64,000 bases of DNA, from the NCBI RefSeq assembly GCF_035594765.1, contig NC_085847.1:5642001-5706000 (forward strand), in the 5' to 3' direction. Below, in pieces: positions 41,305 to 55,300 of this stretch. This stretch comes from Anolis carolinensis. Taxonomy: Eukaryota. A program made the position numbers and the translations under genes. Under the pieces are notes generated by a model, which was given only the letters and a program-made list of their open reading frames with translations, was not told the origin of the DNA and did not search any database. Position 1 is the stretch's first letter; the number at the start of each line of letters is the position of its first letter.

Positions 41305-43499
41305 GAAGACGTTTAAAAGAGGGAAGAAGGGCATCATGGGGGGAAAAGGGGGGGGAATAATGACCCTTTTCGTCAATTAAAAGCCTCCCTTTAATTCAGA
41401 GTCGATTTAAGTGACTAATTGCATTGCAGAAAAGGAATATATATCGCTGGATTGAATGGAGGATCTTCTCCGCAGGCTAACATTTAAAATTATTATTACA
41501 TTTGTAATAATAATAACAATAAAGAGACATTATTAATAATAATAATAATAATACAAAGTAATAACAGAGTTGACTAGATTCTGGAATTATTATTATGTTT
41601 CTATGACTCTCAAAACAATAATAAGACATTATTATTATTATTCTATAATTATATTCCATTATTATTTCTCTGAAAGTAAACTCCGTGTCTGCCTGATAAG
41701 AATTAAACTTCAATTCAGGAAATAAGTTTGATTAAATTAAATCTGATTTTATTATTATTATTATTAATTTTTTACTCTATTTATTTTTCTTAATTTAAAT
41801 GCATTATTGCAACATTGAATAAGTGATTAAATCCAATTTATTACTATTACATTTGATATTTTATTCTATCTATTTTTCTTAATTTAAATGCATTATTACC
41901 ACATTATAAAATAAGTCCAATGAAATTAAATCTGATTTATTACTATTGTATTTGATATTTTATTCTTATATTATCTTTTAAATATTTTCCCTCGTTATCC
42001 CTTCAATACTTTTGTAAAGGATTTAAAAGAAGATAAAATAAAAGGAAGCTTTTAGGCCGAAAGCCATAAAAACCCACTTAAGGCCTTTATTTCCCTTTAT
42101 TTGTGTGGAAATTAGGCCTTTGAGGGCCATAGACAAACAAGGAAATTCACCTTTTTATTATCCTTTTAAAAAAAGCTCCATTAAACCTCCATTAAAAGAT
42201 TTATTTAAAAAACAAAACAAAATAGTCCTGAATATTTTACATTTAATCCTTTTTAAAACCAAAGAATGTATTTAGGCGTCTTCTGTTTCATCACTTAAAC
42301 AAATGGTGAAGAATTAAAAATACAACTATTTATGTAATTTATTTTTAAAATACCTATATATAAATAGTTTTTCTGTCCAATTTTCCAAAAACACAAAGCA
42401 ATATAAATAACAAAAAATCAATACAATGTTATTATTATTTCTGTATTTTATTTTTAAACAAATATACTTTCTCCACCCTATTTCCAAAAGCACTTAACAT
42501 AATAAAATAAGAAAATTTAAAAAAATATTATTCTTTCTGAATTTTATTCAAACAAATCATATATTGATTTGTTTTTTCCATCCATATTTCAAAAACACAA
42601 AGCATATAATAAAACAAAAAATAAAACAAAAATATTTCAAAATATTTGTATTATGTATATGTTGCTTAATAGCATAAAATTAAAAATATTATTTTGAATA
42701 CATACATATTTTTTCCAATTTCCCAAAAATATAAAGCAATTAAAAATAATAAAAATTAATAGAAAAATAAGTTTTTCATCCAGTTTATAATTTTCTCCCA
42801 ATTCCCAAAAGCACAAAGCACTTTAAAAAAGGAAATGATAAAAAATAAAACAAGATAATAATAAAATTATAAATTAAATAAAAAATAAACTTTTGTTTTG
42901 TTGCCCAAAGAAACAAGTTTATAAAAACACAAAGCGAGAAAGAAAACAAATAGGCTTTTAAAGCCGTTCGATAATTATTGATGCAGTAAAAGGGGAAATA
43001 AAAGCTCTTTACCTGAAAAACGGTCAAATAAAAGTCATTAAGTGGACAAATTAAATACTAAAGAAAGACTTGTTAAAAAGTTTCCTTTTTACTCTCATTC
43101 ACTCGCATTTAACGGTTAAAATGATAATTATTTATATTTAAAATATTTTTTAAAAAAGATATTAGGAAAGGTAGCACAATCTAGGCATATAGGCAGAACA
43201 GTAATATCCGGCTATGCTTCATCTCCTATTAACAACCAAGAGAAATTTAAATTTTCCCACTTTATTAGAAAAAGAGAATTCATTATTTATATTACAAAGC
43301 CAGGCAAAGAGTAAACAAAAACAAACCCGGTATATCGCGGTGCGTGACGCCATTCCCGATGCATTCGCAAATATCACCAAAATGAAGCAAACTAATAGAA
43401 GTGATAGACTATATATATATATACATATAATGTAAACTCTTTATTTTCTTCTCCTCATTGAAACATAATTCCCCCCAAAAGGAAACATTTACAGTAATC

Positions 43500-44420
43500 C
43501 CAAAATTCATTTACCGTAATGGCATTTCTCATATATATGTCTGAAATATTACTGGAAATTCATAATATCCCCCCAGATATATATATTATTTAACCAAAAT
43601 ATTATGAAAATCCGCAATCCCGTTCTTCGAATATTTATCTGAATATTTTGTCTGGAAATAGTTCATGAAAATTAAAACTATTACCAGAAGTTATAATCCT
43701 TCAAATGTTTATCAAAATATTACTGGGAATCCATAATAACTTTCAATATATATAAATATTGGTAATATTTTTAATTTTTGGTGATATATATATGTGTGTG
43801 TGTATATAAAATGTACACACACATATATTTATACACATATTCATTTATATATCACAACAATTCAAAATTTATGAAAATCTGCAATCCCTCAAATGTTTGT
43901 CTGAATCTATCTCTCAAAAGATTACTAAAAATTATCATCCCCTTCCAAAAAATATTCATCTGGAGGTATTTCACAAAAAATCAAAATATTCCTGGAAATT
44001 ATAACAATCTGGGTATGTTTCATTGAAATTCAAAATATTCCTGGAATTTATAATCCTTCAAATATATATCACCTCTGGATAAATTTTCCCAAAATTCAAA
44101 ATATTCCTGGAAATGATAATCCCATTCGGCAAAATCCTCATCTGAATAAATCCCATGGAAATTCAAAATATTCTCAGAAATTGTAATATTTCTCAAATAT
44201 GTGTCTGGATGCATCTTGCCAAAATTCCAAAAAATCATAAGGAATTCCAAAATGTTACCAGAGCAATGTTGTTTGTCGAATCCTCATTCAAAATATTATT
44301 GGAAATTATAATCCAGTTCTTCAATCAATTGTCTGGATAAATTTCGCCGAAATCCAAAATGTTATTGGAATTTGTAATCCGGAATTATCCCAAAATGTCA
44401 CCAGAATAATGCCGTTTGGT
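43500..44420. repeat. Degenerate ~60-bp tandem array in the CABIN1 3' UTR region
   Basis: Recurring AAAATATT(C/A)CTGGAAATT(G/A)TAATCC...TCAAATAT...TCTGGATAAA units. Confidence 0.65.
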
Positions 44421-44699
44421 CAAATCCTTAGACTGAAAAAGATGGCTGACCAAAATTTCTGAAATTACGAGGAAGGACCTACAAAAAAAACCAAAAAAAA
44501 AAAAAACCCAAGAAAATAATAAAATGTATCCCCCGCCCCAAAAAAAAATTCAAAATAATAAGAAAACTGATTTATTTTAAAAATGGCTGAAAAAATAGAG
44601 AAATGGGAACAAATTGGATCAAACGGATGGAAAAAGGTCGGGATGTTTTGTCGATCCCTGTTTTGGCTGGAATCCAAGATGGCAGAAGGCACTCGCTCC

Positions 44700-47600
44700 T
44701 CAGGCGTCCATATAGTCTTCCTCCTCCTCTTCGTCATCATCCTCATCTTCGCTCTCCAGAGAGGACTCCTGGCTGGACGTCTCCAGGATCTCCAGGGCCG
44801 GTTGGCGGAGGGCCTCCTTCTTGACGTTGGCGGCCGACTGGGAGGACAAGATGGCCGACTGGCGGCAGACCATGGCCAACAGGAGAAGAGAGAGATCGGA
44901 AACACAAGGTCAACCACCATCCCGTTCTAGAGGATCCTCGAGTCAGAAGGGACCCCAAGGGACACTCATCTCCCGTTCGGCCATGACACCATTTGACCCC
45001 TCCCAACTGATGGCCTTCCAGCCTCTCTTTGGAGGAAGAGGAAGTATATTCTACCGCTGGACAGCTCTATTTCTTCAAATGAACAAGAGAAGGATGAAAT
45101 ATTTTTTCAAAATACAATTCACAAAATAATCCCATTTCAGAGTAATACTGCAATAATGCTACCCTATTAGAATACTATCATTATATGACAATTTTATAAC
45201 TTTGCAATACCATATCACAACATTACAACATAAAACATTATAATACAATATTAGAATCATGTATTATAATGTACTAATATTATAAAATAAAATGAAATTC
45301 CCTTGTAAAGTCTTGTTATTATATTAATATTATAACAATATATTAATGATATAATAGAGTATTAATATTCTAATAATTCTAACGCCACTCAAAAAAGAAA
45401 TTCCGCCCGAATCCCATTCAAGGCTGTCCATTTTGGAATAGCGACCATCTTGTCCCACCTTGAGCTTCTGCTTGGTTTCCTCGGAGACGCTGCCCTTCGG
45501 GGAGAGGAGGGTGGGGGTCGGCGGGGTCACGGTGATCTCCGGGGGGAACTTGGGGGTCATTGGTGTCAGCGACGAGGAGCTCAAGGAGGGGATGAAGAGC
45601 CTGGGGACCCCGGGAGGGGGGCGGGGCTTTGGCCGCGGGACCCCCTCAACCTTCCCGGGGTCAACCTCTGGGGCCGCGACCCCTAAAGCAGGAAGAAATG
45701 GGTAAATAATAATACAGGAAGTATTGCATTCTGAGATCTCCCAGAATCCCCTTCCCTATTGCTCACCCATCGTGGCGGCAGCCATCTTGGAGGGTGGGTC
45801 CAGCTCCCCTTCCTCTTCCTCCTCTTCTTCCTCCTCTACAAGATAGATAAAATATTTATTTAAAATATAAATAAAATACATTACGATTAAAATACAATAT
45901 AACTAAAATATACTACAATTAAAGTCAAATGCTATATAAATAAAATATATTAAAATATCATATTGAAACACTGCATTAAATATATTACATATAAAATATA
46001 GTAATAGTTAAAATATTATAGAAATAAAATGTAGTATTAAAATACAAATTAAATAGCATGTCATTAAATTAAATATATTACTAAAATAAATGAAATATAG
46101 TTTGAATTGAAATACAGTAGAGTCTCACTTATCCAAGCTAAACGGGCCAGCAGAACCTTGGATAAGCGAATATCTTGGATAATAAGGAGGGATTAAGGAA
46201 AAGCCTATTAGGTTATGATGTTACAAATTAGGTTATGATGTTACAAATTAAGCACCAAAACATCATGTTTTACAACAAATTTGACAGAAAAAGCAGTTCA
46301 ATACGCAGTAATGTGATGTTGTAATGACTGTATTTACGAATTTAGCACCAAAATATCACGATATATTGAAAACATTGACCACAAAAATGGCTTGGATAAT
46401 CCAGAACCTTGGATAAGCGAGACTCTACTGTAGTACATAAATAAATTATAATAGACATACAAAATAGTTACTGGGACATGAGAGAAGCCTCCCACAAAGA
46501 TGGTAAAACATCAAAAAACATCCGGGCAACGTCCCCTGGGCAACGTCCTTGCAGACGGCCAATTCTCTCACTCCAGAAGCAACTCCGGTTGCTCCTGACA
46601 CGAAAAATATATATATATAGTTACTAAGTTAACATACTCTATAAATAAGATATAAACTATATTAAATTATTATACAAATAAAATATAGTATTGTTAAATA
46701 AATACAATATTAATATATTAAATTTGTAAAACATTATATAAATAAAATACAGTACTAAATATTTATATTATCTGCAGGAGCTAAGGTACATCACTTGAAA
46801 AATCAATAAAGTACACAATAACCTGGTTTCATGGTGCAAATATATAAATATAATGTATATAAACAAAACAAAACATACAAATAAATCAAAATATATAAAC
46901 AAACTAAAATATATAAAATAAAACAAATATACAAATAACACAAAATATATGAATATACAAATCAAACAATAAAATCATAAACTATATAAAACTATGAATA
47001 AAACAATAGCATAAATAAAACAAAATACAGTAAATATGTAAATAAAATAAAGTATATATATGGAACTTAAACAAAATGTATAAAGAAAATATAAAACAGA
47101 ATAAAATATACAACCAAAATATTCCAATCCAATCCTATAAATGAAATAAGAAACTTTCTCCCAAAATTCAAGAAATACTATTTTTTTCATTTATTTCCCT
47201 TTTAAAAACCTTTCAATGAAAATGCAAATGTGTGACAACAACAAAAACCCTCTATTTGCATGAAAAAATAAATCACAAACAGCAAATCTGAATCTATCTC
47301 TTATTACCTAAAGTAATATATCCATGAATGAACCATGAAAATAATAATCCATGATATTATAACCCTTCTCCTTTATCTACCTTTCTTCCTCCTTCTTCCC
47401 TTTCCTTTCGAAGCAAATAAACATAAAAATAAATAAATATAATGCTCCTCGTTGGCTCCCGTTTCCATGGCAACCCTCTCTCCCTCGTTATGCAAGAGAT
47501 GGGCAGACACACACACCCACACACACAAAGATAAATAGATAAATATAAAACGTACGTGTATCTAAATCATATACACTCCTTTAGGTATACAAATATATTT

Positions 47601-49310
47601 ATAATTTTAATTTTTAATATTTATACATGTGTATATATACATATGTATATGACTACATGCCTTTGTTTAATCTCTGTTTCATATATTTTAATACTTATTT
47701 TATAGAAATACATTTTAATATGTGTGATTGTGGAATTTTTACAATGTTGATGTGTTTTAATTATTCTCTGTAACCCACCTCAAGCCACAAGGAGAGGCTG
47801 GTAAGAAATAAAATTCTCATTACTATCACTATTATTATATTTTCTATATTTCTATATTTATGTGTATTTTTAAATTTTACTGATAGAGGTTTATATTTAT
47901 ACATTAAATATATATACAGTACAGTCTCGCTTATCCAACATAAACGGGCCGGCAGAATGTTGGATAAGCGAATATGTTGGATAATAAGGAGGGATTAAGG
48001 AAAAGCCTATTAAACATCCAATGAGGTTATGATTTTACAAATTAAGCACCAAAACATCATGTTATACATCAAATTTGACAGAAAAAGTAGTTCAATACGC
48101 AGTAATGCTATGTAGTAATTCCTGTATTTACAAATTTAGCACCAAAATATCACAATGTATTGAAATCATTGACTACAAAAATGTGTTGGATAATCCAGAA
48201 CGTTGGATAAGCGAATGTTGGATAAGTGAGACTCTACTGTACATATACACATTAATGTGTATATATATATTTGTATATGCATTTATATGTACATATTATC
48301 AATATTTAATGTTTGTAGATTTATATATGTATTCTATTATTGTTACAGTGTATTATTCTTATCTTGTACTGTATTAATATACAAAATAATAATAATAACA
48401 ATCATATATTACAATATAATGTAATACATATTATATCATTAGAACATTGCATTGTTATGCTATATTGTATTATATTACTGTGTTATAATATTAATATGAT
48501 GATGATGATGATGATGATAATGGTTGGTTCGTCTTACCTCTTTGGTCGCCAATGGAGGGCTTGGTGCTGGACGAAGCAGCCGCCTCAGGCGTCCGGGGGG
48601 TGGGGGTCGGCAGCAGGAGCAACAAAGGGGTCGGGGTCATGGCTGGGGTCGGGGTGGCCATCTTGCTCTCCTTGGGGGCCCGGGGGTCGGAGGTCATCAA
48701 AGGGGTCGACATCAGGGGGAGGGTGCCCTCCTTGGGGGGCTTCGGGGCGGAAGGGGTCTCCCCCATATTCTGTGGAAAACAGCAGGAAGTGGGTGGATCT
48801 CCAAGAGGAAGTGGGTGGGTCTCCAAGAGGAAGTGGGGGCTCCACTCACCTGTTTCTGGGCGGCGGCTCCAACATGGACCTGGCAGAACTTCACCGCTTG
48901 CTCCAGAGCAGCCTCCTCATCCACCTCGAGAAGATAAACATACATTGTGATATGTTATAAATTAAAATGTAATATCAATATGTTATATACATCATAATGC
49001 AATAAAATATAATAATATACATATACATTATGATGCAATTTAAATTAAACATTTATTATAATATAACTATAGATGAATGACAATGTGTAACTCATAATGT
49101 GCACCTTGCTTATCCGCTATTGCAACCTCATTGTTTTTAATTCGATGTTTTAATACCACGTTGTGTTTTTTCGGTTACTGTGTATATATCACGATTGGTT
49201 TTTGTTATTGTTCTTTGCTGTTTCATATTGTATCATTGTTTTGTATCTGATTTTGCTGTAAGCCGCCCCGAGTCCCCTTCGGGGGAGATGGAGGCGGGAT
49301 ATAAATAAAC

Positions 49311-49359
<49 letters not shown>

Positions 49360-52300
49360 GTGTCACAGAAACAAAGTGGCCACCACATGGGAGGACCCCC
49401 GGAGGCCACGGTGACACATGAGCTGGGCTTTGGAAGGGCATTTCGGAGGCCTTTTTTGTTGTGCCTCCCTTGAAGCCGGGGCTCACCTGCTTGATCAGCA
49501 TGTAGGTCTCGGACATGATCTTCTCAATCCTGCCCAGGTCATAGGTCACGACCTTCTGTCCCTGCTGCCAGACCCGGTAGGCGTCCAGGAGCAGCCTCTT
49601 CCCGGACTCCGGGTCCTGCGTCAGCTTCCGCTTCCGGGTCGCCCTCGGGGCCATTGTTGGAACAGGAAGTCGAGAGCTGATGCTCAGCTCCTCAAGAGAA
49701 AGCTCCGGGGTCCGGACCTCCATGTCCATCGCCTCGGTGGCCATTTTGGAAGGGGGCGGGGCCATCTCGACGGTCATCCTATGTTCTTCTTCGGCCGAGG
49801 GCTCAGCGACCTTCTTGTCCCCCCCGCAAGGGTCGTCGGAGTCCTGAGAAAAGGGGTGGGTTGAGTCGGGAGGAGCCCGTTTGTGTGACCCCTCACCCCC
49901 TGAAATATCAGTGACCTCTGACCTCTGTGATGTCGTTCAGCATCTCCTCGAGGGCCAGGACGGTGAGGGCAAAGGCGTGCTGGGCCAGGACTTGCCGGTC
50001 GGCATCCCGGAGGTACTTCCTGTTGGAAGGAAAATAGGAAGTGGCGTTTATGAGGAACAAAATATATACATATACAGCAGAGTCTCACTTATCCAAGGTA
50101 AATGGGCCGGCAGAACCTTGGATAAGCGAATATGTTGGATAATAAGGAGGGATTAAGGAAAAGCATATTAAACATCAAATGAGGTTGATTTTACAAATTA
50201 AGCACCAAAACATCATGTTATACAACAAACTTGGCAGAAAAAGTAGTTCAATATGCAGTAATGTTATGTTGTAATTACTGTATTTACGAATTTAGCACCA
50301 AAATATCATGATATATTGAAAACATTGACTACAAAAATGGCTTGGATAATCCAAAGGCTTGGATAAGCGAGGCTTGGAGAAGTGAGACTCTACTGTATAT
50401 GTATATGTGTATATCAATATCTTGAATCCCACACAATCTCTTTCCCAAAATCACTCCTGAACCCATTCTATTTTGGAAACAAATGTATGTGTGTCATGCA
50501 TATACAGAGATATCCAGTATTTTTGTATACATACATATAAAGGTTGGTAAAAGTAAAGGTTTTCCCCTGATGATAAGTCCAGTCGTGACTGACTCTAAGG
50601 GTTGGTGCTCATCTCCATTTCTAGGCCAAAGAGCTGGCGTTGTCCGTAGACACCTCCAAGGTCATGTGGCCGGCATGACTGCATGGAGCGCCAGGGTTAC
50701 CTTCCCGCCGGAGCGGTATCTAGTGATCTACTCACATTGGCATGTTTTCGAACTGCTAGGTTGGCAGAAGCTGGGACTAACAGCGAGCACTCATTCCGCT
50801 CCCGGGATTTGAACCAGGGACCTTTCGGTCTGCAAGTTCAGCAGCTCAGTGCTTTAACACACTGCGCCACCACCAGGGGCCCTACATACATATATATACA
50901 CACACACATATATCTATACATAGAAAATAAATGTGTATAGATAAAATAATAAAATACAAGAATATGAATTGGAATAATAAAATTTGACAATATAGTATAT
51001 AGACACACACAGCCTCTGGGACTCACTTTCCCTGGTCGGGGGTCCTCTGTAGCATGGAGCAGACCTTGAGGAGGGTTCCGTGGTCCTTCAGTTGCGAAAG
51101 GACCTCCAGGAGGAGGACGATGGAGCGGTTCATGTGCCACGAAAAGCTCCCCGGGCGGTCAATCTCATCCACCGGGATGCGCCAGATGCCCTGCGACCCC
51201 AGGAAGGGAAGCGGGAAGTCAGCTCAGGGACTCCTTTGGGCCTTTTCTGAGGTAAAGAGGGGTTGGGTTTTTTTGAAAAATCCTTCCCCCTTTGGCCTTT
51301 TCTGAGGGAAAACCTGCCTCCTTTTGGGCTTTTCTTAGGTACAGGGGGCCTCCTTTGGCCTTTCCTGAGGGAAAAGATGCATTTTCTGAGGGAAGACCTG
51401 CCTCCTTTGGCCTTTTCTGGGGTAAAAACGGCCTCCTTTGGCCTCTCCTGAGGGAAACCCACCCCCTTTGGCCTTTTCTGACACACAATGCCACTTCAGG
51501 TAACTTATTTTTCCTGATGATAAATATTATTTACAGCCACTTTGAAATACAGTAGAGTCTCACTTATCCAAGCTAAATGGGCTGGCAGAAGCTTGGATAA
51601 GCAAATATCTTGGATAATAAGGAGGGATTAAGGAAAAGCCTATTAAACATCAAATTAGGTTATGATTTTACAAATTAAGCACCAAAACATCATGTTATAC
51701 AACAAACTTGACAGAAAAAGTAGTTCAATACGCAGTAATGCTATGTAGTAATTACTGTATTTGCAAATTTAGCACCAAAATATCACGATATATTGAAAAC
51801 ATTGACTACAAAAATGGCTTGGATAATCCAGAAGCTTGGATAAGCGAGGTTTGGATAAGTGAGACTCTACTGTACATATATTCTTGATAGATATCTATCA
51901 ATTAATATCCATACTGATATTTTTTACACACCTCATGCGCTATATGTTGTATATACATCCATATACATAAAATCAGAACACAGATATAAAGAATCACAGA
52001 ATCGTAGAGTTGGAAGAGACCTCACAGGTCAGTCCAACCCCCTGCAAGAAGCAGGAAAATCTATTTACTTAAATATTTACTAATATTAATTAGTAAATAT
52101 TAAGCAACTACAGTACTTACTTAAATATTTATGGGCATGATAAATACATTTAGTTTATAAACACATATATGCACCACATACACACACCCCCTATATATAT
52201 TTGCCCTTTGTATAGTTAGTGCATAGATACACATTTTTAAAATACTATATCCAATATATTTATAATATATTTATTTCTCTTGCTGTTCTATATATTATAC

Positions 52301-55300
52301 ACCAATCGTGAGGAGAAAACCAAGGCCACTGAGGGCCCTTCCACACAGAGACCCCAAGATCGGTTTTGAACCAGGTTTCCTGAGTCCACACTGTCATATA
52401 TCCCAGTTCAAAGCAGACAATGTGGGCTGTGATCTAGCTGTGTGGAAGGGACCTGAGAGGACTTCTCAGCAGCATATCCCGAAATGCAAAGGGATGAGGG
52501 AAACCGGAAGGAAGGGAGGAATAAAAGGAGGGGCTTAGGCGTCCCCAGCCCCTTCCCAGTACTCCCATTCCCTCCCAGTCTGCCCAGTTCGCTTCCTGCC
52601 TCACCATGACGGCCCCAAGCCGCCTCCTCCTCCGCCTCCGCCGCCTCTTCTAGCACCTCCCTCGAAGCCCCGCCCACCGCCAGGGCCCGCCCAATCACAG
52701 CGAGGGAAGGAGGAGCAGGCCGGGGCTTCCCTCCCCCGGGACTCCAATTCCCAGAGTTCCTCGCCATTGGGCGCATCAGCGGGGGCTTCGGGGAGATGGA
52801 GGCGATGGAGGGGCGGGGCGAAGGGCGCGGCCTCTCTCCTTCGGCCCCGCCCACTGCTGTCGATAGAGAAACAAGGGGCGAGGCCTCCTCTCCCAGAGCA
52901 GGGAGGGGCGGGGCTAAGGAGAGCCCGCGTTCTGCGCATGCCCCAATGACAAAGAGAGAGGGGAGAATTAGAGCAGGAGGAGGAAGAAGGCCTGCCTTCT
53001 GCGCATGTCCAGACAGTGCCTGAGAAGTATCTCTCTCAGGAATATAAAAACAATGGAATACAATTTAAAAGATACAAACCATAAGAATAATCAAACAAGA
53101 AGTGCAATATAAAATAAACAACAACAAATACAGTAGCGTCTCACTTATCCAACATAAACAGGCCGGCAGAATGTTAGATAAATGAATATGTTGGATAATA
53201 AGGAGAGATTAAGAAAAAAACCTATTAAACATCAAAATAGGTTATGATTTTACAAATTAAGCCCCAAAACATCATGTTATACAACAAATTTGACAGAAAA
53301 AGTAGTTCATTACACATTAATTCTATGTAGTAATTATTACTGTATTTACGAATTTAGCACCAAAGTATCATGATATATTGAAAACATTGACTACAAAAAT
53401 GGCTTGGATAATCCAGAACGTTGGATAAGTGAGACTCTACTGTAATCATAAACAGAACATATACAGTAGGAAATAAATATACAAATAATAAAAATAAAAT
53501 AATCATGATAAATAGAATATAAAGTATACAAAGTACAGTGTTCCCTCACTACTTTGCGGTTCACTTTTAGCGGATTTGCTGTTTTGTGGTTTTTCAATGA
53601 ACTCTAAAAGACTATAATAAATCATAAAAAACGACAATTTCCATCCTAAGGAAGGGAGGAAGGAGAAGCCAAAGGGAGAGAAAAGGAGCCCAAGCGGCAA
53701 CAAGAGGAGAAGGAGGCAATTTATCAACACATGACTGGTTGATAAAGACTTAAAATAGTGTGTAACTACTAAAATAATGTATAAATATTAAAATAAATAT
53801 AGCTTCCCTACTTTGTGGATTTTCACTTTTGGTGGGTGGTCCTGGAACCTAACCCCAGCAATAAGTGAGGGAACACTGTATTGAAGATGATAGAATATGA
53901 AATAGCCAAACCACAATGATAGGAAAAGAATAGAAATGGAATAGCAAAGAATGTGAAGTAGGCACATCCAAATCCTCCTACTAAGGCTCCTGCTCACGTT
54001 GAAGAAGTTGGTCTTGTTCCGCTCGCAGAAGAGGCCCTGGGCCGGCATGTGGGGCAGCTGGGTCCACGGCAGGGGGGTGCCCAGGAGCACGTCCCGGGCC
54101 CAGAGGAGGTTCTGCAAGGCAGGAGAGGGCCAGGGTCACCCCATGTGACCCCACCTTCTGCCCCTCCCCTTGTGGACCCCCTCCTCTCTCTGCACCCGAG
54201 ACCCTTCCCCCCCTTCCCACTATGGGGTCCCCCTAACCCCATGGACCCCCATATGGCCCTCTCTGGGCCCTCCTCTCCCCCCCTTTCCCATCGCTCCCCC
54301 GACTGCCAGGTGACCCTTCCCGCCCCCTCTCCCCGTGAGTGACCCCGTTGCTGACCTTGTGGGCGGGGCCATAGGCGTAGAGGGCGGCCAGGCGGTAGAG
54401 GCTCTTGTAGTGCTGGGGGAAGCGGGAGAGGCAGAGGCGCAGGGCCCCCACGCACAGGGCCCACACCCGGCCCACCGGGTCTGCAGGGAGGAGCGGCAGG
54501 GCAGGGGCAGGGGGAGGCTTCTGGGCTGGGGGCTCCGACGGGGGACCCTCGGGCTTCCCTGCAGAGGGGGAGGAGGAGGAGAAGACCTTGTCATAAGGAT
54601 ACACAGAGAAAGAGAGAGATGGAGAGAGATACCACGATGGATGGAGAAGGGAGAAGGAAGGCCTGCCGTGGGCTCTCTCCTCGGGGCAATCCCTACCCCT
54701 TTCCTCCTCGGCCAGGGGGGTGGCGCTGGGTCCCTCCGAGGAGGCGGCGGCAGGTCCCGCAAAGACGTCTTGCGTCGAGTTCGAATCCGAGAGAACAACC
54801 GCCCCGTTGCTGTCCTGGCTCCGTTCTGCAGCGGAACAGAAATTAGAGGGAAAATAATACGGGATAACCATTGAAATATCATGTTAAGCTATATATGGCG
54901 AAAGGAAAAACACTCCAGAGGTTTCCAGAATTGTTTTTTTTTTAAAAAGAAGCAGGGAAAGAAGATGGCGGTTCAACCGGAGTGATAGGAAGAACATTCC
55001 GGAAGCTTCTTGAATATCATTTTAAAATTATATTATGAAATACCATTGCTTATTATATATTACATTAATGTTAAATATACAAAATCAATACAAAATATAA
55101 ATAAATAAATAAATATACAATATTCCAAGAGCTTCCAGAATGTAATTTTCATATCATTTCAAAATTTTAATTATGACAATTGCAGTGGAAAGCAAACAAA
55201 GCAGGGAATGCAAGATGGAGGCTCGATCAGAGCGAAAGGAAGAACATTCCGGAAGCTTCCGGAATATCAATTTATGTTTATAATATTATAAATAAATACA

